Below the pieces are notes generated by a model. The model was not told the DNA's origin. It saw nothing but the letters and a program-made list of their open reading frames with translations, and searched no databases. Both the position numbers and the translations under genes were made by a program. A stretch of 64,000 nt of DNA, from positions 1 through 64,000 of the forward strand of contig JBDOQK010000087.1 in the NCBI GenBank assembly GCA_040437565.1. The letters run 5' to 3'. This document shows positions 35,844-48,987 of the stretch, piece by piece. Positions within the stretch are counted from its first letter, which is position 1. Each line of letters starts with the position of its first letter. The DNA is from Albugo candida (taxonomy: Eukaryota).

Positions 35844-37309
35844 ATGGTCTGGGCTTCACGTAGCACGCATTCGAGCTTGATTGACACACATATGGATGCA
35901 GTATCGTCCAGTACGTTCCAACATGCTCAGAAACTTCGCTTCCCTTTACCGGACGATTATTTTCCCAAAATCAAATTCACACCTCAGGAGCATCAGATGT
36001 ATGCGAATCGCATGCAAACAGTGTTGGGCGATGCGCTGGAAGAGGAATACTGGTACCATAAGACCGCGTATCAGTCTGTTGATGAGACACAGTGGAGGCT
36101 TATGAAAAAACGAAAAGATTTGCGCGTGTACAAGTTCACCGGAACGAATGTTCGAGATCAGAATACGAATATATTGGCCGTTGGGTCCATACGCGGTACC
36201 ATAGAAGACGTCATGAATGGAGTTCATAATAACTCGACCGAAGAGCTGCAAGCAACAGCGCGATTCCACGAGGGAAGGGCCTTAGATGCTGCAATGTTGG
36301 CGATTTTAGAGCGCGGAACGTATCAAGATCCCTTCCACTTTCTCGGAGTCAAGTGGAGAATCACCAAGACTCCAGGTACCAACTTTATTCGAAATCGGGA
36401 TGCTTGCGGGATGGAGGTACATTTCTGCTTTGCATCGTGCTTGGAAACTCACGTTTTCTCATTCAGTATCTAGGCTTGGCCCGAGACGCGAAAGGTGAGC
36501 GGTATGGGTTCCATGTCATCGAGCCTTTCATTCATCCATTATGGCCGGCATTTCCTCGTAAATATTCAGTTCGTTGTCTCGCACGCGTGCGGTGCATTTA
36601 CCGTCAGATTCATCCGGAAATCGTTGGTGTTTTTATGGAGGGCAATTTTGAATTCCACGGTTTGATTCCACACTTTTTGGTGCGGAAAACTATGGCGGAT
36701 GTGTTCTTGGCGATCGAATCGAGCATTCCATGTGCTGAGGCCAAACGACTCACTTTGTTGGCATCACAATCGACAGAGATTTCCACAGACAAATCCACTC
36801 ATTCCAATTCAACTCGAAGTTTGCATTGCAGCACAGCTTCGTCTGTAACACGCGCATCCGTGTGCCCAGAGTGTTTGTATGGTAAGCGACTTCGACAATG
36901 TCAAATTTGCTGGACACAATGCTGCACACAATGCTGCAAGCAGAAGTATCTGCTCGCTCGACGGAGCCGCGTTCGTATTTTTTGTTGTGTGCATTGTATC
37001 AAAGAGGCCAACAAATACCGCTCCGATCCAAACAAACGGCTGATTTTTGGTCAACGCGTTGGATGCTTACCCAGTGAGAGCTCTTATACTTCGACACCCT
37101 GTAACAGAAGAAACGATTCACCACTGTCGATTGAAAATGTATCGATATGGTCACAGCAGGAAGGATTGCTGTCTGAATGCTCGACGGAATCGATTCCGGA
37201 ACTCGCTTCACCGTTGTCTTCTATAAGCTCTTCCGAGTATCCTCTGGCTAAAGCGAACATATCCGACATCAGCGGCTTCTTTCGGCTTAATTTTCAGATG
37301 AGCAGATAG
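35844..37309 (+). CDS. START-like plus FYVE-like zinc finger protein, second family member, 2 exons (intron 36417-36466)
   Basis: KLRFPLP, VGSIRGTIEDVMNG and DPFHFLGVKW motifs. A 50-bp GT-AG intron joins the two ORFs. CPEC..CQIC..CTQC..CVHC. Start at 35844 or 35892. Confidence 0.82.
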
Positions 37310-37879
37310 TAAAACAGAGATTTTTGTAAAGGCAGAGCATTGTAAATTAATGAAAAAGAGTTTAAGTTTGCTATGCTGCCACTCCCGCGATGCGTTTTGT
37401 GTGGGAAGTACTATCGAATTTTCGCGCTTTGGCTTGAGCATCATTCGCATTCGGCGCATCCAATCTCCCGTTGTGGCTCGAGTCGACTTGAGCTGCTTTA
37501 TCGTTGGAGGAGTTGGACTGCGCTTTCTCTTTATACTTTTGCATCATTTCTTTGGTCACAAACACTTTGTTCTGATCAAAAACACCAATCGCATTTTCGA
37601 TCTCCTGCAATTTCTGCTCCAAATCGATTTTACGCTGCTTTTGTCCCATCGTTTCCAATCGAAGCGGTAACAGATTCATCTTTTTCTGATAAGTAGCCTG
37701 ACGTGACGAAGAGAAAAAGATTAAGCAAACTATCAAAAAGTGAAAATGGAGCAAGACAGCACGATAGCGTTGCTAGAAANNNNNNNNNNNNNNNNNNNNN
37801 NNNNNNNNNNNNNNNNNNNNNNNNNNNNNNNNNNNNNNNNNNNNNNNNNNNNNNNNNNNNNNNNNNNNNNNNNNNNNNN

Positions 37880-38430
37880 TCTTCCGAGTATCCTCTGGCT
37901 AAAGCGAACATATCCGACATCAGCGGCTTCTTTCGGCTTAATTTTCAGGTGAGCAGATAGTAAAACAGAGATTTTTGTGAAGGCAGAGCATTGTAAATTA
38001 ATGAAAAAGAGTTTAAGTTTGCTATGCTGCCACTCCCGCGATGCGTTTTGTGTGGGAAGTACTATCGAATTTTCGCGCTTTGGCTTGAGCATCATTCGCA
38101 TTCGGCGCATCCAATCTCCCGTTGTGGCTCGAGTCGACTTGAGCTGCTTTATCGTTGGAGGAGTTGGACTGCGCTTTCTCTTTATACTTTTGCATCATTT
38201 CTTTGGTCACAAACACTTTGTTCTGATCAAAAACACCAATCGCATTTTCGATCTCCTGCAATTTCTGCTCCAAATCGATTTTACGCTGCTTTTGTCCCAT
38301 CGTTTCCAATCGAAGCGGTAACAGATTCATCTTTTTCTGATAAGTAGCCTGACGTGACGAAGAGAAAAAGATTAAGCAAACTATCAAAAAGTGAAAATGG
38401 AGCAAGACAGCACGATAGCGTTGCTAGAAA
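37880..38430. other. Assembly overlap of 37229-37779 across a gap, with 2 SNPs (probable heterozygous haplotypes)
   Basis: Offset 651 bp; A/G differences at 37298/37949 and 37328/37979. Confidence 0.8.
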
Positions 38431-39210
38431 GGATATCATTTCTCAGCAATTGTAGCGTTCGAAGTCGCTCAGCTTCTTCCAAACGAATCATTCCAGGTGG
38501 ACATTCAGGGTCTTTCTGATTCTTCTTTCGTTCGTTCTCTTCTCGAGCCCACTCGAGCCTTCTTCGCACAAGGTATGCAGGTATTTTGCCAAAGGTTTTG
38601 GACACGTGCGGCTTGAACTCTAACGATCCTTTCCCGTCAGCATCACATTGTACAAACTCATCAATTCCTCGTCCCTGAAACCCAAAAATGTGAAAAGTGA
38701 CCTCAACAATAACTCTCAAGACCTTTGCAATCGCTCCTTCCTTTAGTGGAGAAATAACTCTATCGACTTTCACGTCATCTATTCGTCCCATGGACTGTAT
38801 TCTATCGCTCTCTTTGCAGTTTCCACCACATATATGAAGATCTCTTCTTCTTGTACCCTTAGCATCCTTCATACAGAATGAAGCTTTTTGTATGTAATTA
38901 ATCAAAAGTGAGAATACATACCGCTGTATGAACACGTGATGGAATGGATTTGAATCGGTTCGATTTCTTTTGCGCGAGTATTTGATTGTGAATTTCTTTC
39001 TCTTTGTTGATTTGGAGTTCACGTTGATGCTGCTTCTGCATCTCTTTAATGCGTTGTCTATTTCTCAATTGGTAATCGATCGGTGGGGCACCACGCAGTT
39101 GTGATTTGGTACTGATACAATTCACAATATGATGAAAATTGTGTGTGAGCATTCACTTCTTTCAACATACGTAATGGTGTAGTCTGGATGCAAGAGCGCT
39201 GCCATTGCAT
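38022..39210 (-). CDS. Enkurin-domain protein (ENKD1-like), multi-exon; exon borders approximate
   Basis: FGKIPAYLVRRR..DPECPPGMIRLEEAERLRTL..LPLRLET..KIDLEQKLQEIENAIGVF..KVFV matches the enkurin calmodulin-binding domain pattern. The last exon is repeated at 37371-37779 by the assembly overlap. Confidence 0.8.
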
Positions 39211-39340
39211 CCGATGAATTGTGGTATCCGCCGCGCATCCCTGAAGCCTTTTAGACTCGAGACTTTTGCAATAGATCGATGCTATTGGTTTAAATAAGTG
39301 GATTACTCGTATCTTATTGGCTAAATGAGATTTTATCCAA

Positions 39341-40618
39341 TCATTCGCTTTTAAAAACTGCTTCAATTTCTCGTGGTTTTAGCTGCAGGAAGGCTTGCTC
39401 AGAGATTGTATCCCGCTTTTTCGCCTTGATCTTCAGATTATAACGATGCCAATCACATCTGAAATGCTGTCGATATTCAGATACGTCTGGGAAGGTCCCC
39501 CCACACGTCGTGCATGAATGATGACTTGAGGCAGTCTCTTTTGCTGGTGACAAATCTTGAGCTTTTGCTTTGACATTGATTGGAGGAGGAGGTGGTAGCT
39601 CTTTTGGTTGGCTCAAGTTGATGCGTTCCGTCTTCATCGCAATCTCATCTTCGATGTTTTGAGATCCTTGTTCCTGGGCGCAGAGATCAAGAACTTCCAA
39701 ATTGATGCGACCTAGAAGAAATTGATGATGAGAATTTTCGGAAAATACATGCGGATTAAGCACAGTGAACGATTAAACCTTTTCCAATTGTATGAACTAG
39801 TTCATCCACAATGCGAAAATTGCCAGGATGAATCAGGAAGACTGCACGCTGTTTCACTTTTTGCGAATCCTTATTAAGAAGATAGTTTCCTTCATGCTTC
39901 AATATTGCGTCGGTAATGAGCTGTACATCCGATTGTGTGTCGCTTTCTGCATCATCATCAGTGATTTGGATCTTCATTTTGGCACGCTCGATGGAAATCT
40001 GCTTCTTTTGCATCTTCTTGATGACATCTAATGCCTGTTGCTTTGCACTTCGGTTAAGCACTACACCCACATGAATTTCTTTCATTAATCGCTCCACGAC
40101 ACTGTACTGCATATAAACCTTCAGCAAGTGTGATATCAACTGTAGAGTAAGAAATGTACGGGATATGGTCGATTGGAAGCTGGATTGACGCACTTTTCTG
40201 CAATAATCGTAGCAACATCACGGTACATACTTCAAAAAGGCATGTAATGAAATGGATCTCGAATAAGTGGCCAAAACACGTTCGCATCTTACTTTTCGAT
40301 CTGAGCTTTACGTTCTCCCTCAGAAACTTGAAGCTCTCCGTGATCTAAAATGATCCTGCACGCTTCTTCGTCTTGATTGACGTTGAAAGCTTCGACCCAG
40401 TCACATTTTCGGGCGAATTTACCCTTTGATACATTTTCGTACACTTTGGTCGTTTGTAGCACTTCACTCAAATCTTTTTCAACTCCATTACGCCAATTTA
40501 AAACCTTGTTCTTATAGCAGGCTACTTCGAATCGCTTTCCGTTGCGTTTATACCTCACAACGGCGACATTTGTCATCAATATTTGGCCTACAGGTTGGCC
40601 GATTCGTCGGTTGCTCAT
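39341..40618 (-). CDS. SBDS: Ribosome maturation factor SBDS/Sdo1 with C-terminal C2H2 zinc finger, about 4 exons
   Basis: [52 protein letters not shown]. Tail [23 protein letters not shown] introns link the ORFs. Confidence 0.95.
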
Positions 40619-41396
40619 GACGATCGATCGAACACAACTTAAGTACGTATGATGCAACAGTAGGTTCGTCTAAGGAAGGAAATGCCGACATTTTTGGATT
40701 ACTGCATACAGCGGGCCGGCGAATATTTGGTGCACAGTTGCGTGTGTTTAGTATCCAAATGATGATGTTGTGATTCAGTTGTAGGCTTCCTGGTTACTAG
40801 CGGCACGATTCGTTGACAAACTTACCCGCTTCTCTCAGTGGTACCACGTAAGCTTACGCGAATTTGCCAGCGAGCTTCTAGAAGATGGAGACAATAGATC
40901 AGTAGCGTAGATTAATATAGAGCGCAGAAATTAGCGCTAATCTCGTTCATATATTTTCATTCAAATCGAAGAATGAATTACGTCAAGATTATCCCGCTCT
41001 GGAGAAGCTTCTTGGCTCTTTTATGGTTCCATTAGGCGATGCACACGGGGCCTCGTCAGCGTTTTCTTGTAATTTGAAACGTGTGCCTACAGCTACAAAC
41101 CGATATTGGTGTGAAACAGATCTTATGTGGGGCTTGTGCATCACTAGGATAATTTGTCGAGCGCATGTATTAGTCCCCGCATTAGAGAGCCCGCGCAGAA
41201 CGCTAACATGCTGAGTGAAATACATTCGAGTTATGAGATATTTGATTATTTACTTCGTGGGTAAGAAGACGAATTGCGGAGATGATTGTAGCGTCTTCGT
41301 TCATCAGACAAAATGTTATATATTTCATACAATATCTATTATCTATCGAATCATGACACATGTGCTACGGGCCAAAGAGCCAATAGGCTCAGTCGA

Positions 41397-41643
41397 TTAA
41401 TAGCAATTGGTGCAACCAGCTCCAGCAATTGTGTTTGACGCTGTAGATTGAATGTTCGCTGAAGAAGGGCTTTGACTGTTTACCACTTGAGATTGGTCAT
41501 AAGTTGTGGATCCGTCTGAGGAGAGATGATCAGATCAAATGAGTCAAGTAACAAACGTTATGCTTACCATGCAAGTCTCTGTTCCTGATATGTCCGGTAA
41601 CTTGGGCGACAAAGGCGGCGAAAATCACGAAGAATGTGTTCAT
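41397..41643 (-). CDS. Small secreted peptide precursor, 64 aa, 2 exons (41568-41643 and 41397-41515)
   Basis: Manual translation: MNTFFVIFAAFVAQVTG-HIRNRDLHDGSTTYDQSQVVNSQSPSSANIQSTASNTIAGAGCTNCY*. The 52-bp intron is GTAAGC...CTGAT...CTCAG. An Inr/FPR-like promoter lies about 30 bp upstream. Confidence 0.7.
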
Positions 41644-41672
41644 TGTATTAGGCAAAAGTAGGCGACTTTATT

Positions 41673-41689
41673 GCAATTTGAAAAATGAG
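41673..41689 (-). promoter_or_regulatory. Oomycete Inr+FPR-like core promoter element
   Basis: Minus-strand CTCATTTTTCAAATTGC just upstream of the 41643 ATG resembles the oomycete YCATTYY + AWTTY consensus. Confidence 0.55.
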
Positions 41690-42169
41690 ATACAATCGGA
41701 TTTTTATCTGCAATGTGCCAGCGCAACTCTGATGGTGTCATAAAGACTCCCTATTCGTTAAAAATATACTTTCCACCTTCTTAGTGAGCTTTCAGAGTGG
41801 TACAAATGATTCCATATATATTCCTATATAAGAAAACATCCCAGAAGAAAGCGCAATCAAGTCGATTGAATACTCGATATCCCTCTGAGAATTGATAATC
41901 ATATTTGAGTCATCCACTAGTTTTTACATCAACTCATTATGCAACAACTAATTCCCAATGATTAAGCGAGAAACCTGACATCTGTTTGCGTCACCTGCAG
42001 GGGTCATACCCGATACACCTTGCTGCACGTCAGCTTACTGGAGTATATAGTCATATGGATTCCCTACGTGCAGGGGGAATAGATCCTCCTCCTTCGTCAA
42101 AATCAACGATTTACATCATCGCATGCATTCCCGAGCCTTTTAACATAAACCTTACTGTAGTGTTGATAC

Positions 42170-44574
42170 TTATTCGACCAAAAATGGTCGAGCGTGAGCG
42201 GGATTGACTTTGATCTCTTTCTCGTAGTTTGGATTCACTTTAACGTGAATGGTGCTTCCTTCATGAATTGTCCCGGCTAACAATTGGAGCGCCAGAGGAT
42301 TCAGAACATCGTGCTGTATGAGGCGTTTTAAAGGCCTGGCTCCATACAGCGGGCTATACCCGTCTTCAGCAAGGCGTTGTCTCGCGCTTTCTTCCACATG
42401 CATGGTCATTTCCTTCTCCGCAAGCATCTTCTGTACATGATTCAGCTGTAAATCGACAATTGCACGCAAATCCTGACGTTTTAGTCGATTAAATAGAACC
42501 AGTTCATCGATTCGATTCAGAAATTCTGGAGAATAGTGACTTCGAACGACCGAGAGAACGTCCGATTCAGCGACACTGCTGGGAAGGCCTTCTGGCAACG
42601 ACGCGAGGATCTCGGAACCCAAATTACTCGTCAGTATGATGACAGTATTTCGAAAATCAACCAATCGACCTTGCGAATCGGTAAGACGACCTTCATCCAA
42701 GACTTGGAGCAGAATATTGGAAACATCTCGATGGGCTTTTTCAAACTCGTCAAATAAAACGACTTGATACGGACGTCGACGCACGGCTTCAGTCAGTGTT
42801 CCACCCTCTTCATAACCCACATACCCTGGAGGTGCACCGACAAGACGACTGACGCTGAACTTTTCCATGTATTCTGACATGTCAATTCGAGTCAACGCGT
42901 GAGGTGTTTGAAACAGGAATTCGGACAGAGCCTTTGTGAGCTCTGTTTTCCCCACTCCGGTTGGACCCAAAAACATAAATGCTCCAAGGGGACGATTGTG
43001 CGCGTGTAAGCCAGCCCGAGCCAGACGAATGCAATTGCTCACTGCAACCACAGCTTCGTTTTGCCCGATTACATGGCGACCGAGATGTTCTTCCATTTTG
43101 AGTAAACGCTCTTTCTCACCAGACATTAGCGTGGACGCGGGAATTCCTGTTGCTTGAGCTACCACTTCAGCAACGTGATCCGGAGTAACAGCGTCACCGA
43201 GCACAAGTTTCTTCTTCAATGCCTTGACATCGAAATCATTTTTTTCATCAGCAGAAACTGATTTGGATGGCGCGTCATCGCTTGCGGCCATATCCTCCTC
43301 ATCGACTTGCTTCTCAAGACGAGGAATCACTGCATGCAGTAATTCTCCGGCCCGAGCGTAATCACCACGATTTTGGGCATTTACAAGCTCGCGCCGTGCT
43401 TCTTCCAATTTACGTTTCCCTTCCTGCAACTCTTCCAACCGCTTCTTCTCTGCTTGCCACTGCTCCATCAAGTATTGTAATTCCTCATTGGCATGCGCTA
43501 CTTCTTTTTCCAATTGTTGCATTCGCTTCTTGGACGCATTGTCTTTCTCCTTACGGAGAGCCTCAATCTCAATTCGTCTCAAAATAATTTCACGGTCGAG
43601 TCGTTCAATCGGCTCGGGTTTGCTTTCCTGTTGTAAGCGCAGCCTCGAGGCTGCTTCGTCCATCAAATCAATCGCTTTGTCCGGCATCTTACGCTCAGAG
43701 AGATATCGATGGGCCAATACTGCAGCCGAGACAAGCGCTCCGTCCGATATGCGAACACCATGATGAACCTCATATTTTTCCTTCAGGCCACGCAATATAG
43801 TAATAGTATCCTCGACACTCGGTTCTGGAACCAAAACGGACTGAAATCTTCGCGCTAGCGCTGCATCTTTTTCGATATACTTCCCTACAAACCAAAAGGA
43901 AGAATCATAAGTCGTCATTCTCAAAAACCAACTCGCAAGAACTTACGATATTCGTCCAGCGTCGTTGCCCCCATACAATGCAACGAGCCTCGAGCTAAGG
44001 CAGGCTTCAGCATATTTGCAGCATCAACGGATCCTTCACCTCCTCCACCGGCACCAACCAATGTATGTAGCTCATCAATGAACAAAATGACTTGACCATG
44101 ATATTCTTCAACGTCTTTAAGTACGGATTTTAATCGCTCTTCGAATTCTCCGCGGAATTTCGCTCCGGCTATCAAAGCAGCAAGATCCAATGCGACAACT
44201 CTTTTTTCTTTCAGGCTTTCAGGAACCTCTCCAGCTGCAATTCGTTGGGCTAATCCTTCTGCAATTGCTGTTTTTCCCACTCCCGGTTCTCCGATCAGCA
44301 CTGGATTGTTCTTTGTACGACGCGATAGAATCTGAATGGAGCGTCGAATTTGTTCTTCTCGGCCAATGACCGGATCCAATTGTCCTGCGTGGGCCATTTT
44401 GGTTAGATCTCGCCCAAATTTCACCAAGCTCTCTCCACGCGGCACGTTTTCAGGGTTCACCCAATGTGAGCTTTGACCGCTTCCAGGGCCTGAAGAGCCG
44501 TAAGAAGCAAACGTGCGGACGAGAGGCCATTGTCTACGATATATGATTGACGTATACGACAGTTGACGGAGCAT
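42170..44574 (-). CDS. clpB: Mitochondrial-type ClpB/Hsp78 disaggregase, 2 exons (intron 43885-43946), 780 aa
   Basis: Presequence-like MLRQLSY..RTFAS and no N-domain. NBD1 [15 protein letters not shown], coiled-coil middle domain, NBD2 [20 protein letters not shown]. Splicing restores DEYRKYIEKD. Confidence 0.95.
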
Positions 44575-47086
44575 AATGCACTGAATTTGTAGATTGGTAG
44601 ATGAGAAGCACTCATTATTCGAGATTTTTCTAGTGAACAATGTGCTTATGTCCGTTACGCACTTGATAAAGTTCGGTATGCACGAGCAAGCAAAATGTTG
44701 ATCACATTCGCTAGTGATTGAAGTCGTTCTGTTGCACACGATAGGCAAACCGGGAAAAAGTTTGATAGTAACATACGTGTTTCCATTGTTTGAGACATTT
44801 AATTCAGTGTTTATGGGAGCCTTTGCGAGGTTCAACAGGTGAGACTCGAAAGGCTGATTGCTCTCCCCGATCTTCTCGTTGCTTGCCGATGTGTCCTTGG
44901 CGATACCATTCGGNNNNNNNNNNNNNNNNNNNNNNNNNNNNNNNNNNNNNNNNNNNNNNNNNNNNNNNNNNNNNNNNNNNNNNNNNNNNNNNNNNNNNNN
45001 NNNNNNNNNNNNNGTGAGCTTTGACCGCTTCCAGGGCCTGAAGAGCCGTAAGAAGCAAACGTGCGGACGAGAGGCCATTGTCTACGATATATGATTGACG
45101 TATACGACAGTTGACGGAGCATAATGCACTGAATTTGTAGATTGGTAGATGAGAAGCACTCATTATTCGAGATTTTTCTAGTGAACAATGTGCTTATGTC
45201 CGTTACGCACTTGATAAAGTTCGGTATGCACGAGCAAGCAAAATGTTGATCACATTCGCTAGTGATTGAAGTCGTTCTGTTGCACACGATAGGCAAACCG
45301 GGAAAAAGTTTGATAGTAACATACGTGTTTCCATTGTTTGAGACATTTAATTCAGTGTTTATGGGAGCCTTTGCGAGGTTCAACAGGTGAGACTCGAAAG
45401 GCTGATTGCTCTCCCCGATCTTCTCGTTGCTTGCCGATGTGTCCTTGGCGATACCATTCGGTAGAATGTGATTAGTCGTACATGGTTCTGATCTGATCCG
45501 GCAGGTCAGAAGTTGGGTGCTCTTGTTGAGATACAGCGTAGGAGATTTCGCAATGTAGTGCTCCCCACACATATCCTTGGTTGGAAGTATCGGTGTAGTG
45601 ATAGGCTATCTATCGCTGAATCAACTGCTCTGATTCATAAAATACTCCACAGAATCAGTGATTGAGTGGTAGCTGATGGTCAACTAAGTTCGACTTGCCG
45701 ATCGTCGCGTTTAAGCGTGTCGATAGGCATCGAGGCGCCATCACGTCCATTTTAAACCTTGATGATAGGTAAGGACGATTCCTCGCTCGTGCTAGTCGAT
45801 ATAAATATTCTTCTGGGGTCTACGGCATCAAGCAGAAGCATTTTTTTGCCCGTGCGTCGTACTTCGATCAGATATAGTTGGTCATGGTGGATAATCTGAT
45901 CTTGTGCGAATACACACAGCTGCAGAGCAAAATTGAGGCGTTATTCTGAATTAAAATCACAATTCGCGTGCTTTCTTGCTTGAAAAAATCCATTCTTGTC
46001 GAGGCACAGGTCACATTTCTCTTCCTACTCTCTTTTTAATGCAGAAAGTGGTTAGCCATTGTGGAATCCCACGCACGTGTCGCGTTTCTTGCCTTACCGT
46101 CTCTGCAGTCAACTCAGTCTGTCGCATGTTGCAATGAGCACGCGTTACTCATAATTCGCTGCCTTCTGTGATGGTATCTCTAACTAATCCAAATATGGTG
46201 GCTAAATAAGTAGTACATTAACTCTCTCCATGTTCTATACAGTGACATATCAACTGCTAAAGTCATCGACAATATCTAAACAAATCGACGCAGAGCACTG
46301 ATTTGATCATTTTCTTCATTGACTTTATCAGCTTTAACCGCTTATTTTCCACACTCGCCTTTGGCACTTCGCATAGATGCTGTTTGTCCGTGTTCTAATT
46401 CTGCGCAGTGCTAATCTCTAAACACATTCTGCTTTTTCTCGCCTATAAGCGTGCGTCATTGATTTTGATCCGAACAAAATACAGCCATAATACTGTGTTT
46501 ATAGTATAATTATCCTATCGTTCTGTGAGCACATCACCTGCTCAACAAGCAACTATGCGTGGCAGGCCCAACTCGATGAATCGTTCGTATGCTCACGTAG
46601 CCTGTTTGGCAGTATTCGCCAAGATTCGTGCGTAGACGACCGAATTAAGCATCGACAAATCCTTCCGCTAGTTGAAATCCTGCCAAGCTTACAGCATCAT
46701 ATCACATTTCACGGTAAGGCACGTCTATCGTCAGGTGCTTATATNNNNNNNNNNNNNNNNNNNNNNNNNNNNNNNNNNNNNNNNNNNNNNNNNNNNNNNN
46801 NNNNNNNNNNNNNNNNNNNNNNNNNNNNNNNNNNNNNNNNNNNNTATATCATAAGAAAAAGAGCGGCGGAACACAAAAAAAGAAAGTGAGATTTGTATAT
46901 TTACGTCGTAAGAAGATGATCTCACGCTCAGCCATTCCCAATAAAGAATGCGTCTCAATGTCCCCGCACGCAAAACTCTTCAATTCGCGATACATAAATG
47001 GCTTTGTGTGTTGAGTACATTGACAACTGCCGCAGTATCTCTTCCAAATGAAATCACAACTCATGTCATACTTTGTGCACTTTTAA

Positions 47087-48987
47087 TCAGTGGACGTGTT
47101 TGCATACTTTACACTCTTTATTCCAAACCTGACGAGTGTGTGCGACAAACGATGGACAATTGCATAGTCGACACGCTCCCATGATGCTTGCGCGACGGAG
47201 GACTTGTTCTCGATGAGTCGTGATACTTTGTGTGGCCTTGTTGAGCGCTTCATACAGGGGAGCTGCTGCGGTCGGTTGTTCCACATAACCGCTAAGAATC
47301 TGTTGAGGCTGTAATTCCTGTCCGTAAAACTTGCGATTGATATCGGTACGACTTGCGATGACAGCTCCTTGTAACGAGATTCCAGCATACAACCCTTTGC
47401 TCATTGAATAGCTGTAATTTGCGTTCAGACCGCTTTTACTTGCGGAAGCTACGGCTTCTGCAGATCGACCAAAAGGACCTACCGCCAAATCCAAACCACC
47501 TCCAAGATTGATTTGAGGCTTATGGAATACTTTGACAGCACTTTCCGATCCCAATATGATCATAACTTCAACAATTTCGCCGCCAATCTCTAAACCACCT
47601 CCTAATCCGATGGTCCCGATCGCAGAAGGCGCGGACCAGGATCCGTTAGGTAGCTTGGCAATCACTAAACCTGTTCCAATTTTGCCAGTGACGAGAAATC
47701 CTGCCTTGATGATGGTCATAAGCGCTATTCCATGAGCTTTTTCTAGAAAAGTGATTGGTATCGATCGATCTGCTGAGCTTCCCCACTCATTTCGAAAAAA
47801 GTTGCCAATGATATCAGCTGCATTTTGACATTCTTTCACAAGACTATTGCTGTAGGGAGCATGAAAGCGACCTCGGGCTTCATGCAGGTTTTCGGTGTTG
47901 GAAACGGCATACTTCCGGATGAGTTCTTCCTGGAGAGGTTGCAGTTCTGCGGTACATTGGATGCATGTACGTTGTGGTACCGCAGGATCGTACCCTTTGG
48001 CATTTTCAAATTGTTTACCTGGTGGAATGAGAAAGCGCACAGGAGAGCAATTATTACAAACAAATTGTCCACAATATCGACTACAGGAATTGATGTCAGC
48101 GTCGTTAAACGGTATGGTATGCTTGATTACGTACCACTGATGTCTTCTCTTTGTCACATCGAATCCAATTTTGCATATATCACAATTTGGGTGATCGGCG
48201 TATCGATTCTTAAGCACTCCTTTGGATGGTCTACCACAAATCGCTAAGGAACGAGCTATACGAGGCTTATTACGCATACGTACCCCGTTTGGCCTGACAC
48301 AACCATCGTACGCTCTGAGGCAGCTGGAGCTGGAAATGCTGGAGCCGAATTGGAACCAAATGCATCAAATTGTGTCATCTCGCCTTGATCTACCATTTGA
48401 TCATTGAATTGCACCAACTCCCGACGTCGTGTCTCATCAGGAACTAATCGTGCCAGTAAGGGAATAAACTCGATCGTTTTGTGAGGCCCTAACTCTTGTA
48501 CGATACTTGAATGGAAATCAGATACATTCATAAGCCCTGAACCATAGTTTTTGCAGTTTTTCTTAAACAATCGAACTCCATTTTCATTATTATGCTGTGC
48601 GTTAGCCTGTCGTATGGTATTAACACATTCCTCGTAGCATCGTTGTGCCTCAACACCGGTCGCGGCCGATGGAATTGCACTCGGAATGTAAGACTTTGCG
48701 TGTTTTTTCTCTTGTGAAGGCGCATTGGCGTTCACAAAGCTCGAATGAATTGCTTTGGCCATTGGAATCGCTGCTCCATTGGGTCCATTTGTTGCTTGCT
48801 TGATAAATGCGCTTGTCATTGCGTCTTTATGTCCTTTGTATTTTGGCGCAGTAAATGCGCTTTGCGCTTGGGAAGCTGCCATTTGAATTGTCGATGTAGA
48901 ATTCTGTTCATCATATTTCGTGCCACAATGCGAGCAAAACTTGCCTCCAGTGGCTGGTTCGCCGCAGTTGGAGCAGAATTTCGCCAT
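47087..48987 (-). CDS. Zinc-ribbon + FYVE + Ysc84/SYLF (DUF500) domain protein, about 3 exons
   Basis: N-terminal FCSNCG..FCSHCG. FYVE CDIC..RRHQC..CGQFVC..QRTC split by an intron. SYLF motifs GTGLVIAKLPNGSWSAPS, YSYSMSKGLYAGISLQG and NRKFYG. Confidence 0.9.

Noticed and set aside
41441-41483. Second intron in the small secreted peptide gene
   Set aside because: The frame reads through without it to GAGCTNCY*, and the candidate has no clear branch site.
44575-45572. Novel N-terminal extension of about 150 aa on ClpB
   Set aside because: No in-frame ATG is evident (the ORF track uses a GTG start), the region is duplicated by an overlap, and MLRQ at 44574 gives a normal mitochondrial presequence.
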